A stretch of 64,000 bases of DNA from an uncultured Bacteroidota bacterium (lineage in GTDB: Bacteria > Bacteroidota > Bacteroidia > AKYH767-A > JABDAW01), in contig CAIMUP010000006.1 in the NCBI GenBank assembly GCA_903844645.1, positions 2,055-66,054 of the forward strand. Reading direction: 5' to 3'. Positions 8,662-18,400 of the stretch are shown piece by piece. The position numbers were made by a program, and so were the translations under genes. The notes beneath the pieces are model-generated. The model worked only from the letters and a program-made list of their open reading frames with translations, was not told the DNA's origin and made no database searches. The stretch's first letter is position 1, and each line of letters starts with the position of its first letter.

Positions 8662-10569
8662 CTATCGAATAAAATTATACAATAATATTGCGATGATTCC
8701 GGCTACCATCACGAAGATGTAAAAGCCGATGGCACCAGTCTGGACAAGGCGTAATGTTTTGCCTCCCCAGATAACTGTCTTGCCAATGGAGTTTACGAAA
8801 CCATCTATCATTTGTATCTCGATGATGTTGTTGAATTGCTTTCCAAACCAGTTGATCGGAGCAACAATGATGGCATCGTATAGCTCGTCTATGTAATATT
8901 TGTTGTAGATAAGATTTCTCAATGCGGGAGTCTGTTTATCATCGGCTGGAGGTACAGATGCCTTTTTGATGTAGCGGTTCATTGCCCACAAAACAATCAA
9001 TGCAAGAACTACTACTGCAACAATGATGATGGTATATTCAGCAAATTCGGAAGGGGCTTTTGCTTCGCTTTTTAAATCAGAGAATTCAAATATCGGGGCA
9101 AGATATTGACTTAAGAAATGATGTTCGCTCATGATCCTTGGCATTCCAAGAAAGCCGCCAACAGTGGAAAGGATAGCAAGAATAACTAATGGAATAGTGA
9201 TTGTTGCAGGACTTTCGTGAAGATGATGTTTCTGTTCTTCGGTGCCTCGGAAGGTGCTGTGGAATGTCAGGAAGAAAACGCGGAACATATAAATCGCTGT
9301 CAGAACGGATGTGAAACTTAATACGATGAAGATAATATTGGAGAATGGCCCGATGGTTAATGCAAGGATTTCGTCTTTAGAAAAGAATCCTGCGAATGGA
9401 GGAACGCCTGAAATGGCTAATGTTCCAAGGAGGAAGGTGATGTAGGTAATCGGCAGATATTTCTTTAATCCACCCATCTTTCTTATGTCTTGTTCGCCGC
9501 TCATAGCATGGATTACGCTTCCTGCTCCGAGGAATAATAAGGCTTTGAAAAAGGCATGTGTGGTGAGGTGAAACATTGCAGAACTATATCCTCCAACACC
9601 TAAAGCCACAAACATATATCCTAACTGGCTTACCGTTGAATATGCCAATACTTTCTTGATGTCATTCTGGAATAAACCGATAGTGGCGGCAACAAATGCA
9701 GTAAATAACCCAACAAATAAAACAATTGTTTGTGTGATTGGTGCGAGTGTGTAAAGCACGTTGCTACGAGCAATCATATAGATACCTGCCGTTACCATTG
9801 TCGCTGCATGGATTAATGCAGAAACCGGTGTGGGACCAGCCATTGCATCAGGCAACCATGTGTATAAAGGTATCTGCGCGCTCTTGCCCATTGCTCCAAT
9901 GAAGAGCAATAATGTTATCACAACTAATACTGAATCTCCTGATGCAAATCCTTTAGCTCCTTCAAAAACTTCTGCATAATTTACGCTGCCGAAGGTCATG
10001 TAGATTAAGAATATTCCCAATAAAAATCCTAAGTCGCCGATGCGATTCATGATGAAAGCCTTTTTGGCGGCATCATTGTAATCCTGATTCTTAAACCAGA
10101 ATCCGATTAATAAATAAGAACATAAACCTACGCCTTCCCAACCGATGAACATGATTACATAATTCGATCCTAATACCAACAATAGCATAGAAAAGACAAA
10201 CAAGTTGAGGTATGCAAAGAACCTTGTGAATCCTTCATCGTGAGACATGTATCCAATTGAGTAAACATGTATCAGGAAACCAACTCCGGTAATAATCAAA
10301 ACCATCAGCATAGACAATTGATCTATCAAAAAAGAGAAAGAAATATGTAATGTTCCGGAGTTAATCCAATCGAATAAATTTATGGTTGTTGCCTTATTTT
10401 CTCCGCTTAAAAACCCAAGGAAAATTGTTACAGCAATGATGAATGAACCGAGAACCGTTCCACTGGCAATGATTCCAGACAATGATTTAGTCAGGAATTT
10501 ATTTCCCAATCCTAAAATCAGGAAGCCTATCAAGGGTAATAGTGGTATCAGCCAAGCGTTTTGTATCAT
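8662..10569 (-). CDS. nuoL: NADH-quinone oxidoreductase subunit L
   Basis: GWEGVGLCSYLLIGFW, KSAQIPLYTWLPDAMAGPTPVSALIHAATMV, HAFFKALLFLGAG. Confidence 0.97.
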   Translation of the reverse strand: MIQNAWLIPLLPLIGFLILGLGNKFLTKSLSGIIASGTVLGSFIIAVTIFLGFLSGENKATTINLFDWINSGTLHISFSFLIDQLSMLMVLIITGVGFLIHVYSIGYMSHDEGFTRFFAYLNLFVFSMLLLVLGSNYVIMFIGWEGVGLCSYLLIGFWFKNQDYNDAAKKAFIMNRIGDLGFLLGIFLIYMTFGSVNYAEVFEGAKGFASGDSVLVVITLLLFIGAMGKSAQIPLYTWLPDAMAGPTPVSALIHAATMVTAGIYMIARSNVLYTLAPITQTIVLFVGLFTAFVAATIGLFQNDIKKVLAYSTVSQLGYMFVALGVGGYSSAMFHLTTHAFFKALLFLGAGSVIHAMSGEQDIRKMGGLKKYLPITYITFLLGTLAISGVPPFAGFFSKDEILALTIGPFSNIIFIVLSFTSVLTAIYMFRVFFLTFHSTFRGTEEQKHHLHESPATITIPLVILAILSTVGGFLGMPRIMSEHHFLSQYLAPIFEFSDLKSEAKAPSEFAEYTIIIVAVVVLALIVLWAMNRYIKKASVPPADDKQTPALRNLIYNKYYIDELYDAIIVAPINWFGKQFNNIIEIQMIDGFVNSIGKTVIWGGKTLRLVQTGAIGFYIFVMVAGIIAILLYNFIR

Positions 10570-10571
10570 TC

Positions 10572-10898
10572 TTAATTCTCTAAATTTAATGGAATTTCAA
10601 TACCTGTTTTCTTTATTGTTTCAGTAAATGGATCACCATCCTCAAAGTAGGTAGCGTTGTAGGTATGCGGCTCGATTTCGTAAAATCGAGTACAAGCTCT
10701 TGATATTTTGTGAATATCGGCAAGTGAGCCACCATTAAAATCATCTGATACCAAAGCTAAATCAATATCACTCCACTGATTTGCTTGATTTCTTGCATAA
10801 GAACCAAACAAGATTACCTTCTTAAAAGTAACGCCCAAATCATTACATGCTTTGATGTAATCCTTTATATATTGCATTAGAGTTTCTTGCGTAAACAT
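10572..10898 (-). CDS. Minimal nucleotidyltransferase (MNT) domain protein
   Basis: ILFGSYAR...WSDIDLALVS, the GSx10DxD motif; 108 aa. Confidence 0.9.
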   Translation of the reverse strand: MFTQETLMQYIKDYIKACNDLGVTFKKVILFGSYARNQANQWSDIDLALVSDDFNGGSLADIHKISRACTRFYEIEPHTYNATYFEDGDPFTETIKKTGIEIPLNLEN

Positions 10899-10910
10899 GG
10901 GTCAATTGTT

Positions 10911-11138
10911 TTAATTTCTAACACAACTATCTTCAATTATTGGTTCAGTAAAATGTGTTCTATAATATTCTCTCGCAAATTCTAAATCATCAAAGGGGCC
11001 AATCCAAACTCCATGTTTGCCCTTTTCAGCATCCTTTATCATACCTTGTCCATTTTGACAAAATCCACAATCAGACTGGTGAATTTTAGGACCATTAAAA
11101 TCTTTTGCTTGCCAGTTTTCATAGATATAATAACTCAT
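10911..11138 (-). CDS. Small hypothetical protein with an HxxxCxxC...C putative metal-binding motif
   Basis: 75 aa with IHQSDCGFCQNG and WIGPF; tightly packed in the operon. Confidence 0.7.
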   Translation of the reverse strand: MSYYIYENWQAKDFNGPKIHQSDCGFCQNGQGMIKDAEKGKHGVWIGPFDDLEFAREYYRTHFTEPIIEDSCVRN

Positions 11139-11144
11139 AATATT

Positions 11145-12104
11145 TTAATTTTTAATTTTATTTATTTCCCAAACAAGGTCATTAACCCCTGTCCAAACAC
11201 TACTTTCAAGACTTGAAATTGAATCCATAACTCCTATAATATTATTACTTAAATCCCCCATAGCATTGAGCAAATCCTTTTCAAATTTGCTATTAAAAAT
11301 CCCGAGTTTTTCAAATTCATTGTAGATAGTATAAAATAAGATTAACTCATTTCCTATTAAAGCATTTATCATTTTTATTGATATTTCATGGAGCGATTTT
11401 AGGTATTGATTTTGCTTTTCAAAGTTGTCTAATATCATTGAAACATTGTTATCAATATTTATCTCTCTCAACATAATTCTCTGCTTTTCCATTGAATTTT
11501 GTTTTGCTTTCAAATACTCATTTAATTTTACAAAAGGTAGTATATATTCTTTGTCAATTTGTTTTTGATTCTGTAAAAGTATTTCATTAAAACTTCTGAT
11601 TTCAGGTATCGTATTCGCTGTTAGGAATGTACTGACTTGTAATTGCAATTGATCTTCTTTTTCTTTGATTTCTACTAATTCTTTTTTTTCTAAAATGGAT
11701 TCCATTAATTCAAGATTTACTAAATACGATTCCATCATTTCTTCCAATAATACAAATTCATCTGAAGATACAATTCCGTAATGTGTACCATTATACAGGA
11801 ATGAATATTGAATTGAAAAAAGTTTGTTATATTTATGAAATGTTATAGTACTAAATGATTGAAACGGAATACAAATTGGATAATCTACATTTGGCCAACC
11901 AACAAAATATTTATTAGAAATCTGCCATCCAGATTTCTTAAACGAAAAAATATAATTGCCTAATTTGTTTATCCAGCCTTCTCTGTATATTTCAAACTGT
12001 TTCTTTAAATAGACTTCATTATTTTCAAAAAATTTATTAAAGAAAACCTCATTGAATTCATTAATGCTTTTTAGCTTTTCAAAATCAGATTCTTCAAAAT
12101 CCAT
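11145..12104 (-). CDS. Hypothetical protein, AT-rich, helical C-terminal half
   Basis: 319-aa ORF in visibly AT-rich DNA, tightly spaced with the next gene. Confidence 0.75.
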   Translation of the reverse strand: MDFEESDFEKLKSINEFNEVFFNKFFENNEVYLKKQFEIYREGWINKLGNYIFSFKKSGWQISNKYFVGWPNVDYPICIPFQSFSTITFHKYNKLFSIQYSFLYNGTHYGIVSSDEFVLLEEMMESYLVNLELMESILEKKELVEIKEKEDQLQLQVSTFLTANTIPEIRSFNEILLQNQKQIDKEYILPFVKLNEYLKAKQNSMEKQRIMLREINIDNNVSMILDNFEKQNQYLKSLHEISIKMINALIGNELILFYTIYNEFEKLGIFNSKFEKDLLNAMGDLSNNIIGVMDSISSLESSVWTGVNDLVWEINKIKN

Positions 12105-12187
12105 AACTAATATATTTTTATTTTATGATATTTAAGGCTGCTAAAGTATAAAAAAAGCCATTTATAAGGTAAATCACCTTGAAAACA

Positions 12188-12401
12188 CCGTCGCTGGACT
12201 TCCTCCAACGGGCGTTGGAATCATCCCAACGGGCGTTGAAACCGTTCCAATGCCTTTTGGAGCCTCCCAATGAGTCTTGAAACCATTCTAACGTCCGTTG
12301 AAACCATTCCAACGGGCGTTGGAACCGTTCCAACGCCTTTTGTGCCTCTCCAACGGGCGTTGAAACCATTCCAACGGGCGTTGGAGGAAGTCCAACGACG
12401 G
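12188..12401. repeat. 21-bp tandem array (~9 units) bounded by 23-bp inverted repeats
   Basis: Unit CCAACGGGCGTTGAAACCATT, with two 20-bp variants. 12188-12210 matches the reverse complement of 12379-12401 at 22/23. Confidence 0.92.
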
Positions 12402-12415
12402 TCAAAAACCCTTCA

Positions 12416-12578
12416 AATCGCATATTCGCACCGCCGAATCCAATATTCTTACCGTCGAATCGCATTCTCACACCGCCGAATCCAATATTCGCACCGTCAA
12501 ATCGCATTCTCGCACCGCCGAATCCAATATTCACACCGTTGAATCGCATTTCTTTATGCCCGAATCCAATATTATCCA
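12416..12578. repeat. 21-bp array with alternating A/B units (42-bp higher order), ~8 units
   Basis: AATCGCATTCTCGCACCGCCG alternates with AATCCAATATTCGCACCGTCA. Confidence 0.92.
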
Positions 12579-12911
12579 TTACCACTTCAATTTATTCAAA
12601 AGATTAATGTCAATAGACTTGATATTCCGGAATATCATCACGATTATCGCTAATCCTACCGCTACTTCTGCTGCCGCTACTACCATGATGAAGAATACAA
12701 AGACCTGTCCTGCGGCATCTGAACGGTAGGTCGAGAAGGCTGTAAGGAGAAGCGTTGCGGCATTCAGCATCAATTCAATGGACATAAAAATAATGATGGC
12801 ATTCCGTCTGATTAATACCCCAAGAACTCCGATAGAAAAAAGTATCGCACTCAAATAAATATAGTGCTCTATCGGGATGGTTTTGGCGATATGTGTAATC
12901 TGGTCTGTCAT
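12579..12911 (-). CDS. nuoK: NADH-quinone oxidoreductase subunit K
   Basis: [30 protein letters not shown]. Confidence 0.97.
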   Translation of the reverse strand: MTDQITHIAKTIPIEHYIYLSAILFSIGVLGVLIRRNAIIIFMSIELMLNAATLLLTAFSTYRSDAAGQVFVFFIMVVAAAEVAVGLAIIVMIFRNIKSIDINLLNKLKW

Positions 12912-12917
12912 GTTTGA

Positions 12918-13445
12918 TTATAATTCAATGGGTTCTTTGTCGCGTTTTCCGAGCATCACTGCGCCTACCATTGCCGAGAGAAATAATATGGATGATAATT
13001 CAAATGGCAGCAAGAAATCGCTGAACAATACCTTCCCCAAATTCTTCACCAATCCCACTTGATTGTTATAAGTCAAACCATCCGATAATCCCGCGCCCAC
13101 CACTTGTTCGGTAGCACCGCGGAAGGTTCCTATTAATGTCAACATTAATATGCCAGAGGCTATTACTCCCGCGAGTTTTAGCAAGGATGATTTATGTGGT
13201 TCTAATTCTTTATTCAAATTCAAAAGCATCACCACGAAGAGGAATAAAACCATAATGGCGCCTGCATAAACGATAATATGTACCACCGCCAAAAACTGTG
13301 CATTCAGCAAAATATATTGCCCGGCGATAGCGAAAAATGTCATCACCAAAAATAAAACACTATAAACAGGATTCTTACTAAACACAACCATCAGCGCGCT
13401 GAAGATGGCGAGGAATGCAAGAAAATAGAAGAAATAAGGTGCCAT
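12918..13445 (-). CDS. nuoJ: NADH-quinone oxidoreductase subunit J
   Basis: NPVYSVLFL, IIVYAGAIMVLFLFVVMLL, LPFELSSIL. Confidence 0.96.
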   Translation of the reverse strand: MAPYFFYFLAFLAIFSALMVVFSKNPVYSVLFLVMTFFAIAGQYILLNAQFLAVVHIIVYAGAIMVLFLFVVMLLNLNKELEPHKSSLLKLAGVIASGILMLTLIGTFRGATEQVVGAGLSDGLTYNNQVGLVKNLGKVLFSDFLLPFELSSILFLSAMVGAVMLGKRDKEPIEL

Positions 13446-13452
13446 AAATCAA

Positions 13453-13995
13453 TTAGTCATTAAGATGCACATTAGTATCTTGTCGTTTCGAGACATCAAC
13501 GCGGTTTTCCATAGTCTCGACCAATTTATCTTTTCCATAAATAAAATCTGCACGATTATACATCGAAGGAACGGTTTCGGTGGTGAGGAATATCGCTTCC
13601 TTGGGGCAGGCTTCTTCGCATAATCCGCAGAAAATACATCGCAGCATATTGATTTCATAAACCTTTGCATATTTCTCTTCGCGATACAATTTCTCTTCGC
13701 CAGGCTGGCGTTCTTCGGCAATCATGGTGATGGCTTCTGCGGGACAAGAAACGGCGCAAAGTCCACAAGCAGTGCAGCGTTCAGCACCTTTATCATCACG
13801 TTTGAGGACATGCAATCCACGATAAACGGGAGCAAATTCTCGCGTCACTTCGGGATACCTGATGGTAGGCGATTTCTTGAACATGTGTTTAAAAGTAATG
13901 ATCAAGCCATTAAAAATGGCGGGTAAATACATCCTTTCGATGAGCGTCATCTGCCTTTTCTTCACCTGTACCGACCTGTTTGTTAGTGGTTGCAT
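13453..13995 (-). CDS. nuoI: NADH-quinone oxidoreductase subunit I
   Basis: Two 4Fe-4S motifs, CTACGLCAVSCP and CIFCGLCEEACP. Confidence 0.97.
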   Translation of the reverse strand: MQPLTNRSVQVKKRQMTLIERMYLPAIFNGLIITFKHMFKKSPTIRYPEVTREFAPVYRGLHVLKRDDKGAERCTACGLCAVSCPAEAITMIAEERQPGEEKLYREEKYAKVYEINMLRCIFCGLCEEACPKEAIFLTTETVPSMYNRADFIYGKDKLVETMENRVDVSKRQDTNVHLND

Positions 13996-14017
13996 CTTAT
14001 TTTTTATTTTGAAGCCG

Positions 14018-14025
14018 CAAATCTA
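14018..14025 (-). promoter_or_regulatory. TAnnTTTG promoter element for nuoI
   Basis: TAGATTTG on the minus strand 22 nt upstream of the nuoI ATG. Confidence 0.6.
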
Positions 14026-14233
14026 ATAAAATCTCTTTAAAAGAAAGATGATATAAATCAGAAAGTCCTCCGTACCGATAGATCGGTTTTACCGAAGGCC
14101 TTTTCATTATTCCCAACATTTCGGGCATTAAATGAAAATAAATCGCGTTTTCAACGGGGAATTGGGAAAAATAAATTTTCATGCCCCCGACTGAAATTTT
14201 TTTATTGGCTATAAAAGAGTCATCATTTTTAAA

Positions 14234-14317
14234 AAAAACATGTTGTCGGCATCAGAAAACATGTTTTCGGCATCGGAAAACATGTTGTCGGCATCGGAAA
14301 ACATGTTGTCGGCATCG
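14234..14317. repeat. 21-bp tandem array, 4 units
   Basis: GAAAACATGTTGTCGGCATCG x4. Confidence 0.92.
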
Positions 14318-14412
14318 AAAGACACCTGTTTCACTCCTTTATATATAGGCAGCTTTTTGGGGATGCCGGAAACGATTTGGAAAATGTAGCGGAAATGGGG
14401 TATATTTGCGGG

Positions 14413-14874
14413 ATGAAATCTCAAACAATGATTTATAGAGAAGCCACCACCAGCGACATCAAGCAAATTCAAGTCGTTCGGCATTCGGTAAAAGAAAACA
14501 CGTTGTCGAATCCCGATTTGGTAACCGACCAAGATTGCGAAGAATTTCTGACCCTCCGCGGCAAGGGCTGGGTCTGCGAAATGGATGCGCAGATAGTGGG
14601 TTTTGCCATCGCCGATTTGCAGGATCATAATATTTGGGCATTGTTTCTTCGTCCTGAATATGAACATCGCGGCATCGGAAGGCACCTTCAAAACTTAATG
14701 CTGGACTGGTATTTTAATCAAACAAAAGAAACCGTCTGGCTCGGTACATCGCCGAATACGAGAGCAGAAAAATTCTACAGAACATCGGGCTGGCAAGAAA
14801 TCGGCACACATGGAAAAGGAGAAATAAAATTTGAAATGACTTATGAATTGTGGACGAATCTTCATAATGAATGA
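14413..14874 (+). CDS. GNAT family N-acetyltransferase
   Basis: IWALFLRPEYEHRGIGR and RAEKFYRTSGW. TATATTTG promoter at 14401-14408. Start may instead be 14428. Confidence 0.9.
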   Translation: MKSQTMIYREATTSDIKQIQVVRHSVKENTLSNPDLVTDQDCEEFLTLRGKGWVCEMDAQIVGFAIADLQDHNIWALFLRPEYEHRGIGRHLQNLMLDWYFNQTKETVWLGTSPNTRAEKFYRTSGWQEIGTHGKGEIKFEMTYELWTNLHNE

Positions 14875-14913
14875 TCGTACTATTATCGGTTCAATCAGTC
14901 CCTTTGCATGATG

Positions 14914-14967
14914 AAAATAAAAAAACCCTCCGAACCATGTGTTTCCTGATGGTCAGAGGGCTTTATT
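14914..14967. terminator. Bidirectional terminator between convergent genes
   Basis: A-tract, CCCTC..ACCAT / ATGGT..GAGGG stem, then T-rich tail. Confidence 0.55.
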
Positions 14968-14983
14968 CTCGGTTGAGTGAGAG

Positions 14984-15397
14984 CTACGCAGTGTGAAACA
15001 ACATCTCTACCGTGCTGCCATTGTCGGCAAAAATCAGTTGGTCGGCGAGGTGTTTCATCAAATAAATTCCTCTACCGCTCGGTTTTTCCAAATTCTCCTC
15101 GGCGGTAGGGTCCGGGAGGTTGTAATAATCGAAACCGTTTCCCTCGTCTTTGATGAAGAAAGAGATTTTGTCGGTATCGAAATGATAGGTCAGGACGATG
15201 GTTTTATCCTCGTCGCTGTGGTTGCCATGGTAGATGGCGTTTGTAACGGCTTCGGTTACTCCCATGAGCATCTTACCGTAACAATCTTCTGATATTTTAT
15301 ATTCATCGCAAATATCGTCTATCAGGCGTTCTACTGCATTTATACTTTCGGGTTTTGACATTAGTACTATTTTTTTAGGTGGATATTGTACAAGCAT
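14984..15397 (-). CDS. RsbW-like anti-sigma factor / HATPase_c ATP-binding protein
   Basis: EAVTNAIYHGN, IKDEGNGFD, PSGRGIYLM. Confidence 0.9.
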   Translation of the reverse strand: MLVQYPPKKIVLMSKPESINAVERLIDDICDEYKISEDCYGKMLMGVTEAVTNAIYHGNHSDEDKTIVLTYHFDTDKISFFIKDEGNGFDYYNLPDPTAEENLEKPSGRGIYLMKHLADQLIFADNGSTVEMLFHTA

Positions 15398-15412
15398 TAT
15401 AATTATTATTTA

Positions 15413-18400
15413 TTAGTTTTGGATTGACTGGAAATACTGGTCAACCTTTTGTCTGTAATAAGGATTTAATGAAGGGGGCAAAGTTTTTAACAATTCAATT
15501 TCTTTTAATTTGAGCCTTTTATACTCATCTAAATCGAAAGGGTTACGTTTTGCCACATTTTTTCCTTCTTTGCTTTCTCTTTTCTCGTCTTGCTCCCGTT
15601 CTTTTTCGGCTTTTTCGCTCTCTAATAATCTTGTTTTGATTTGGTCAATCCTGTTCAAGGTCTCTTGTGATATTCTATTATTGACCAAGTCCTTCTGTAC
15701 CTCCTCCATCTGTTGCGCCATCTTCCCGAGGTCGCCCAAAGACCCCTTTCCATCCTTATTTTCAGATTTATTCAGTTCATTCACAGCATCGCGGATGGCA
15801 GCCTGTTGAGCAGCCAACTTGGCTAATTGTTCGTTCATTCCGTTAGGTCCGTTTTCTCCATTCTTACCATTTTCTCCAGGCTTCGCACCGTCCTGCCCTT
15901 CTTTGCCATCTTTGCCGCCGGGTTTCTTACCGTTCTCACCCTTCTTTTGTCCTTCTTTTAATTTCTTGATAGCATCCGCCAAGTTATCTTGCATCTTCTT
16001 AATATCCGACATAGAATCTTTCTTTTTCCCCTTTCCAGGCTTCTTACAAGCCCCCGAACCCGGCTTGGCTTGCGATTCAGCCTGCTGCATCTGGCTCAAT
16101 GCCTCGGATAAAATCAGCGCGAGGTTATTCATCGAAGTCATGGCATATTGCTGATTGTTCCTCGCCATACCGGTATTGCGTTCCTCAAAGAAATCAAGCG
16201 ACTTATCTATATTCATGTTGATGGAGTTAATCTCTTTATTTACCGTGGAAGAAATCTGGGTAACCCGTTTGCTCAATGCCGTAAGACTGTCTTCAATCAT
16301 CCGCATATCGTCCTTCAGCTTGCGTTCGTCCTTTCCGATTTTGAGGTATTGAGGATTATTAACATCAAAGTCTTTCAATTGCCCCATCAACTCCTCTTGG
16401 TTGAACGATATGCGAATTAAATTCTCTAACAATGCCCGCAATGCAGCTTCATCCTCACCTTCCTTTTCGGCACCGGCAGCAGCAGCACTGGCAGCCATTT
16501 TATCTGCCATCTTCTTCATTTTGTCGGCGGCTTTCTTTTGAGATTTAGAGGCGTTGCTCTTCTTGTTTTGTTCCAGACTTTCTTTGGATTCCTTCTGCTC
16601 TTGTGAAATATCCTTCTGCTCTTCATCTGTATTCTCCATCTTCTCGGGAGTCGTCAGTTCTTGGTTCTTCTTTTCTATCTCCTTAATATCTTTTTTAATA
16701 TCCTCGAAGCTCTTGTTCAGGTCGTCCTGTTTCTTTTCAAGTTCTTTAGTATCGGCATTCTTCTCTTCAGTTTTGTCCGCGAGCTTCTTTTGTTCTTCCG
16801 CGAGCTTGTTGATCTTCTCCACCGTTTCCGTGAACTTCTTTTCTACTTCCATCTTCTTGAAGATCTCCAGTGTCCGGTCCATCTCCTTCTCGATGTCCTT
16901 ATTCGAATATTTCATCTCCTCCAACTTATCCTGAATCTTCTGTTTGTCCATGTTCTCCATAAGCTTTTTCAGTTCGTCCATCATCTTTTTCATTTCAGGA
17001 TTCATCAGCTTATCCATCAACTTATTCAGTTCCTCCTGCTTCTGCAGAATATCTTTATTGACTTCCTTATATTCCTTTTCGTTCTCTTGTTTCTGTTTGT
17101 TTTCCTTTTGAATTTCGGCAGCTTTGTTCTCCAATTTTTCCTCCCGCTTCATCACATCCTCAATCTTCTTTTTATCCTCCCAATTCAATGATTTCTTATC
17201 AAACATATCCTTGTTTATTTCATTCAAATCCTTCTCTAATTTCTTTGCATCGGCAAGCGCATCCTTCAATTCCTGCTTGATTGCATCACTCTTGGCTCCC
17301 GTGCTTTGCTCGATTTCTTTCAAAGTAGGAGCTTTGAAAATGTATGTCGCCGACCGTGTTGCCTTGCTTCCATTCACGCCGTCATTATCCCAAACTTCGA
17401 AGAAATATTCTATCTCATCTCCTGCCGAAACCTTCAAGTTTCCTGCATCCCAATAATAGAAGAACTGATCTTGCATGGCGTTGTTATGAACCGGAATAGC
17501 CTCGGCAAATTCCTTGCCCTTGTTGGCGGATGAATCATCGGTCTTGAGAAATTTATACACGAAATTCAATTTATTAAAACCATAATCATCCTTCACCAAA
17601 CCCTTGAAAAAATACCGCTTGGTGCTCAATGAATCCTTCTGTTGCTCAACATTTATCGTGGGGTACAAATCAGGAATCACGGTTACGGAATAGCGAATGG
17701 AATCTTTGCTTTTCAATTGAGAATTGGAGGTCGAGATGGCATAGTTGTCGCTTTCCATAAACTTCCGTGAGTAACCGAATTTATTTGCCTCGATGAGATG
17801 AACATCCACGACGGCATTGTCTTTAAAGATCAACTTCAGGGCATCCGTATTTCTCGTCAGGAATTTCCAGTTCACCTTCGTGCCGGCAGGGATATTAAAG
17901 TCGCCTGTATTCTGTAATTTATCGTTCGCCTTGCCGGTGTATGCCGGATATTCAAATGCTGCCTCGAAGGTCAGTACCAAGGGATTCGGGATCGCCACCA
18001 ACTCATATTCTTTGCTTGTTACGCCATTCCCGATGAGGTGGAAGGTGGTATTTTTTTGCACATTTTTAAAGTCGAAATGATAGCTTGCATTGTTCTCTTT
18101 TTCCAACTTAAACTGGTTGCCGCCGATCTCGATGTAGGCGTTCTCGGGGACTTCATTTCCCGCAATCCGAATATCCAACCGATAGTCCTCTTGCTGCACC
18201 GCTTTCAGGTCTTTATTCAAAACCTCGAAGGAGAAAGGCGCAGGTTTCTCGAAGTATGTCCGGTGTTCAATCATCCTTTTGGTGCCGTCTTTGAGAATGC
18301 TGGAATTGATGAAAAACAAGCCCAGGAAAATCATCAGGGGAACCAAGGCAAACTTGAGATATTTCTTATTCTCCGTCAAATCGATTGCGGAAGTGAACGG

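Noticed and set aside
8227..8722. ORFs over the 42-bp array (8291-8722, 8376-8672, 8227-8529)
   Set aside because: Several frames are open only because the period is a multiple of 3; they overlap promoters or nuoL antisense
14209..14691. 160-aa minus-strand ORF with FSDADNM repeats
   Set aside because: Antisense shadow of the GNAT gene running into an array
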